From NCBI RefSeq assembly GCF_009914755.1, contig NC_060927.1: 64,000 nt of DNA, one strand, 5' to 3'. The DNA is from the human T2T-CHM13v2.0 reference genome, Homo sapiens. Positions 58,237 to 64,000 of the stretch are shown piece by piece; the first letter of the stretch is position 1, and every line of letters begins with the position of its first letter. The translations under genes and the position numbers were made by a program. The notes beneath the pieces were generated by a model. It saw nothing but the letters and a program-made list of their open reading frames with translations. It made no database searches and was not told where the DNA came from.

Positions 58237-59101
58237 CTGAGAGAGATAAGTACAGAATCAAAAGTCAGAGGGTAGAAACTTTTACAGTTTTATCATTTGA
58301 CACAGCAACCTATGTCTGTTGAGTCTAATAAGCAGATAGTGGGCTTATCTTTTTTATATATCTTCCATTTTATTATAACAATTTTCATCATATTTTAAAA
58401 ATTGGCCCATGAAAGATTAAAATTTTAAAAACAGTCATCTAGTCTTTCACCATGGAGAGCTTGAGAAGCACTGTTATGGACCAGACATGGAACCCCTGCA
58501 GACCCCAAATCCACCAGCTTAGGAGGTTGGCCACAGATGCCAGGACAAATCTTCCCTTCCCACCGTCTGCTGCGCCGACTCCAGTACTTCCTATAAACAC
58601 ATCACAGGCGCTGCAAAGCCTGTTTGATTTTCTGCGCTCATTGGCACACTTCCACACCAGTACAAGCAGAGCCACTTCCAGCAGACACCTCTGTCACCCA
58701 GGCTGGAGTGCAGTGGCAGCTTCACAGCTCACTGCAAGGTCCAGGTTGTGTGCTGGGTGCCCCTGCTGGTCAAAGCACCTTGGCCAGCCAAGGTTAGCCA
58801 GCCAATTTTCACACACATGCCCACTGCTGTTTCCTCTTCAGACTTCTGGGTGGGTTTAACCGCAGAGGGTCCTAAGATTGCAAGGTGAGTGTTTGAAAAA
58901 CTGACTGCTTCTTTGTATCAACTGGAAATCACTCTATCACTAAAGTACTGAAATTAATCAGGAGCTGGGACTAGTGTAAGACATCAACCTGCACCCATGG
59001 CCCTAGGTTTCTAGTGTGCTCCTGAAAATGGTATCGCTGTTCTAACTATGATACACACACACACACAAATCACAAATATAAAGTTATAAAATAAACTCAC
59101 A

Positions 59102-59393
59102 GGCTGGGCGCAGTGGCTCACGCCTGTAATCCCAGCACTTTGGGAGGCCAAGGCAGGAGGATTGCTTGAGGCCAGAAGTTCAATATCAGCCTCAGTAACA
59201 TAGCAAGACCCCATTTCTAAACAATAAAAAAAGAAAGAAAAAATTAGCCAGGCATGGTGGTGTGCACCTGTAGTCCCAGCTACTTCAGAGGGTTGCTTGA
59301 GCCCAGTGAGCGGATTGCACCACTGCACTCCAGCCTTGGCAACAGGACAACACTCTGTCTCAAAAAAAAAAAAGAAAAAAGAAAAAAAGAAAA
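59102..59393 (+). mobile_element. AluJ with internal deletions
   Basis: J-type Alu. Confidence 0.87.
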
Positions 59394-60406
59394 GCGCAAA
59401 GCTAAAACCAAACCACATAGTGATTTTGTCAAGTTCACAGCTGGCCTGAGTTTCATCCTCCCTCTTCTTACATAGCCTCACTCATCTTGTTTCTTCCTCC
59501 ATAAAGTGTGGAATGTGATGCTACATCTACGACCCATATATTATTAATAACAAATAAATTCAAGTATCATGGATCAAAAAATATACCACCGATCCTGTTG
59601 CATGTGCCCAACATACGGCCCAACGTAGGGTGACAGGGTGATCCTCCCTGCAGCCCTATGAGGCTAACTTCATCACCCCTGTTTACAGATGGAGCTTTGA
59701 GAGAACGACAACAGTACCTGTCTCCTCTGCATCCGAGGCTTTCTTTGAGACCCCAGTGTGATAACAACAATGTAAAAATCAATGCAAGTACCCAGGAGAC
59801 AAGGCACAGGGACCACAGCCATGAACAGAACACATGTATGTGACCTCAAGGGGTTTCTCCTAGGAACCAGGAGGAGTGGGATTAACGCTGAGTTAACACC
59901 TAGCCTGAGTCTGCGGGCTTTCCTGGGCCAGCCCCTCCTACTAGAGCAGAGAAAATGTGTTTTGTAGCCCTGCTGGGAACAGTGGGGTGCAAGCCCTCAG
60001 TGTGGCTTCAGGGTCTTTCCCTCAAAGCAGGCATTAAAATTGACCCTGCCAAGCTTAACCAGCTGGAGCAGAACATGGGGTTGAGGGAGCACCGAGGCCA
60101 GGAGTGCTCCCAACAGTTCCTCTCCCAGCTCCGGCTCACCACCAGGGGCCCTGGGAGACAGCCAGTATGTGCCAGAAACGGCTCACTCTTCACGAGACAA
60201 TGAATCCACTGTTGACCAGCCAGGGCCTTGATTAATATTTGCAAAAGAACGAACTGGAAAATTCCACCTGTGTGGGTGGAGGCTGGACCCGCAGGACTTG
60301 TCAACAACCCTGATGGCCTTGTTCTCCCAGGGATGGATCAGGCAAAGAAGCAAAGGTCTGAATAACAATGACAGAATCTGGGGATTACCGTGACTCTTGG
60401 GTCCTA

Positions 60407-60417
60407 GGGAATTTCCC
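60407..60417. promoter_or_regulatory. Consensus NF-kB site GGGAATTTCCC
   Basis: Perfect GGGRNWYYCC match, near-palindromic; function not shown. Confidence 0.5.
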
Positions 60418-63320
60418 CCCCCCTTTTTTTTTTTTTTTTTTTGCTTCTGCCTCTCCTGCCCCTAAATTTACACAGCACTCTTAAATCCTTCAACTTGCTT
60501 TCCTATCTGCTGTTTTGCTGTTTCTTCTGCGTTTCCTAACAGCCCTGCTGGGGAGGCAGAACTGATGTCAGCCCCATGTTACAGATGGAGAAACAGGTTC
60601 CAAAAGACTAAGAGCCTCACTCAAGGCCAACAGATGGTGAATGAGCCGCAGAACCAGGTGGTCTGGAAGCCAGGCATCTCACCGCGCTGTGGCTGCACAG
60701 AGTCTGTGCAGACCCTAGGGTCTGGGTCAGGGCCATAGGTACTTGACCCAGTGATCTTCCAGGCTCTGGCAGAGGCCCTGACCTTTGCTCTGCTTGTGAA
60801 GAAAGAGGAGGAAGTTCAAACCAGCTCCCCTGGGTGGGCAGGCTCAGGCACTGGCCTTGGATGAAGGTAGGTGTTAATTTATTCATCCATTCAAGCATTT
60901 AATGAGCACCCCCTACAAAGCCCCCCCGGACAGGAAGGCACACTGGCTGGTAGCTCTTTCAGAAACCCAGACCTAGCAGAATTTATGACTGAAGGGAGAA
61001 GGTCAGAAAATGTCCAAAGGTCGCTTCTCTCATAGACTCAAATCACTTCATCGCCCCTATCACCACCCCATTTTACAGAAAAGGAAACTGCTCTGAGAAG
61101 AGCAGTGACTTGCCAGAGCCTCCAGTTCAAAAAGCCACAAAGTTATCAGGCTTAGGCAGCCAAATAAATTGTGTGCCTTCCGGCAGGCCACCTGGGACCT
61201 CTCATGCAGGGCCACTTGAGGCATGGCCTTCTGAGCTAGGGGGGAAAACCCCCGAGGGGACAGGCAGACACACCTGTTTGCCCACCTCAACCTCCAGTTG
61301 TGGCTACAGGGCCCTTCACACCCTCTCCTCCACTCCACAGCCCCAACTACGAAACTGAACCAGGTATCACCCCATCCCTAAGCCCCAGGGGGCCAGGGCA
61401 GTGTCATTCTGAACCCAGAACAGCAGGAAAGCCACTTGGCCTGGGTCTTGGGTCTCTGCCTGGCAGCCCCTGCCTGAGTACTCCTCCTTCTTACAGCTCA
61501 GCCACCTCCAGACCACCCTCACCTGACACTTCTTCCCCTGGGGGGAGAAAGAACCTCAGCCCTTCTCTTTTTACAAAACCCCCTCCCCTATCCTCTTGCC
61601 AAGGCTTCCTGTGACTGCCACCAACCAGCCTCAGTGCCCTTGGTCTCTCTGCCCCATCTGACTCCATGAGCTCCTCCCTCACTACTGGGCTTTCCTGCTG
61701 CAGCCCCTTAGACCTCCCCACCTCCTCAGGCAAGCTCTCCTCCCCAGGGCTCTATCCTCCTCTCCTCTCCACTGCCCCCTGAGAAAGTCTGACTCATGAA
61801 CCCTGTCTCCAGGCCTAACCTCCGCACCCTGGTTGTCTCAAAGCCTGTGTGCCGAACAACACCAAGCTCACAGCAGGGCCTGCCCTGGCACACAACTGAA
61901 AAGCCAGCACAGCCCAGAGCCTGGCCCACAGCACAGAATCAGATACTCACGGAATGAACGCATGTTAGTGAATGGCTGCCTGCTCGCTCGTCTCAGAGGG
62001 ACTAGCCCTCTATTTTGCCCTGCAGAGCCAACCAGGTGGCCTTTCTAAAACCAAAAATGGATGACCATTTAAGCCTGTACCATTGTTCCTCAGCACCATG
62101 GGACAAAGTTCACAATCTTGAGCTTGCAGACGAGGCTGTTTTCATCTGGGCTTCCGCAGCAAGGCGGGTACTTGTGTCCTTGAAAATAATTCTCACTGCA
62201 CTCATCCTCACTCCAGGAGTACCCATCAGCCAGCACCCATGTGTGGTTCACCTTTGCACCCAGCAGGTATTTGCTGAACAGGAAGATGACTATTAGAGCT
62301 GAAAATGTTCTCAAGGGCCACAGGGCCCAAAGCAACTCAGAGAGGTGGAATGAGGGGCTCAGGGTGGCCCAGTCCCAGGCAGGGGTGCGGCCACAACCTC
62401 AACTGAGTTCCTTGGTCAGGAAACAGAGCAATTCTCTGAAAATGCTACCTGCAACTCCACACGTATGCATGCCAGAGCCCAAACCCCTGGCTGATCCCCA
62501 GTCCATGCAAGCCTTAATCAAGCTGGCAGGTGGGCCAGGCCTGGCACACAAGTAGGGCCTCAGCTAAAACAGCTGCTTGACTTAGTACAGCCTCTCACCA
62601 GCTGACAACACACCCCTAAGTTCCATACCCCTCTCTAGGCCTCCGTCTTCTCATCTGTAGAATGGAGCTAATTCTGCCTACAAGTTTAAATGGCCCTGAG
62701 TTGGTCACCACAACCCTGTCGTTTGCAAACCGAGGGGGCTGAAGCAGCAGTTCCAGCCTCTGTGACTCCACTGTTAGCCCAGCTGATTTTTGTGAACTTT
62801 CCCCCAAACCCACTGTGTCTCAAAGGATGGTCCCTGGGCCACCCACCCACGAATTACGGGGGCGTGGGTGGAGGCTCGTTAAATGCAGATCCCGGGCCTG
62901 ACCCGGACCTGCCGTCTGGATCTCATTTTAGGCGGCGCTAGAGATCCCGGGCCAGGGAAACTTGAGAACCGCAGCTCCAAATCGCCAGTGCTGACGGCTT
63001 CCGCTTTGGGAGCCCCAGGTGTTGCTGTCCGAACTCACTTGGTGGAAACAGACATTTACCAGAAAGCCTGGGGTCGGGCAGCGGGCACTCCTACCGCTCT
63101 AACCCCGCGTAGCTGAAAGAATTCGCTCCCTCAAAGGAGTCAGTGAGCTTCGGCAGTCTGCGTTCCACCCGTTTCGCTTCGCGCGGCGGGGCGATTGTGT
63201 AAAGCGGGCCCGGGTCTCGGCGTCCAGCCCGGCCCCAAACCTCCGGCCCCCAGGCCTCTCCGGGCTAGCGGCCGGGCGGCGCTGCTGCGGGGTGGTCGGG
63301 GCGCCTCCGCGGCTACTCAC

Positions 63321-63660
63321 CCGGGGCGACTCGGCCGAGAGCCCGACAGTCGGGACCGGAGCGGGAGGAGCGGGTGGCCGCGGCCCGGCCCCTGCCCCGC
63401 GGCACTTTAACCGGCGGCGCCGGCGCCCCGCGCGCTCTCTGCGTCCGGAATGGGGACGCAGCAGTTCCGACCCGGTCGGCCCCGGAGCCGCGAGGCTAGC
63501 TGGGCTCCAGCGGAGGCGCGCGAAGCCCGAGGGCGGGTGCAGCTGATGCACCTGGCTCACTGCATGCACGTGTGCGCGGGGGTAGGCGCGCGCCGCGGCG
63601 GCCCGTGCTCCGCCAGCGCTCGGACACGGCCCATCCCTCCGAGCCCCAGCAGGCGAGGGC
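63321..63660 (-). other. CHDH: CHDH 5'UTR exon 1 (TSS approximate)
   Basis: Strong donor CCGG|GTGAGT at 63321/63320 within the CpG island. Confidence 0.7.
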
Positions 63661-63826
63661 GCTGCGACCTGCCCCAGCCTGGGAGGGGGCCAGCGGGCCC
63701 GCCCTCTGTTCGGGTGGCGGGAATGGGTCGGCGCTGCGAGAGGCGGAGCCGAGAAGGGGCGGCCCGGCGGCGCCGGGATAAAAGCGCAGCGTGCGGGTGG
63801 CCTGGATCCCGCGCAGTGGCCCGGCG

Positions 63827-63886
63827 ATGTCGCTCGTGCTGCTAAGCCTGGCCGCGCTGTGCAGGAGCGCCGTACCCCGAGAGCCG
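63827..63886 (+). CDS. IL17RB: Interleukin-17 receptor B (IL-25 receptor) exon 1, signal peptide MSLVLLSLAALCRSAVPREP
   Basis: GCGATGT start; 60 nt; donor CCG|GTAAGC; recognisable IL17RB N-terminus. Confidence 0.95.
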
Positions 63887-64000
63887 GTAAGCCCCCGCCA
63901 GCACCTCTTCCCTCATCTCCCGGCCCTCGAGCCCAGATCCTGACGTCGTCTGATCCGCCAGTCCAGGCTGCCCCGAAGGCGTGCGCGGACTGCCGGCTCG

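Larger units (their letters stand above)
62850..64000. promoter_or_regulatory. CpG island; bidirectional CHDH/IL17RB promoter
   Basis: Very high GC and CpG density, GC boxes, and GATAAAA at 63777-63783 about 45 nt before the IL17RB ATG. Confidence 0.9.

Overview
Human genomic DNA (CACNA1D-CHDH-IL17RB locus, 3p21.1, recognised from the translated exons). The + strand carries the last coding exons of CACNA1D (Cav1.3): IQ exon 41, alternative exon 42A, and exons 42-49, followed by the 3'UTR. The - strand carries the complete CHDH gene: two inferred 5'UTR exons and seven coding exons totalling 1785 nt (594 aa). At the right end a CpG island separates CHDH head-to-head from the first coding exon of IL17RB. 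CHDH intron 2 is packed with L1, Alu and LTR relics, including a three-level nested insertion. The strongest structure not explained by exons is a 43-nt intronic segment (215-257) that pairs with the IQ-coding part of exon 41 about 3.8 kb downstream. It fits the known ADAR2 editing duplex of Cav1.3, so it is probably not new. More speculative points: an in-frame AUG-UGA start-stop in the CHDH leader, overlapping convergent 3'UTRs, an editing site that coincides with a cryptic acceptor AG, and an NF-kB motif cluster upstream of IL17RB. I found no convincing wholly novel system. Exon boundaries were counted by hand and checked for reading-frame continuity; repeat subfamilies and boundaries are approximate.
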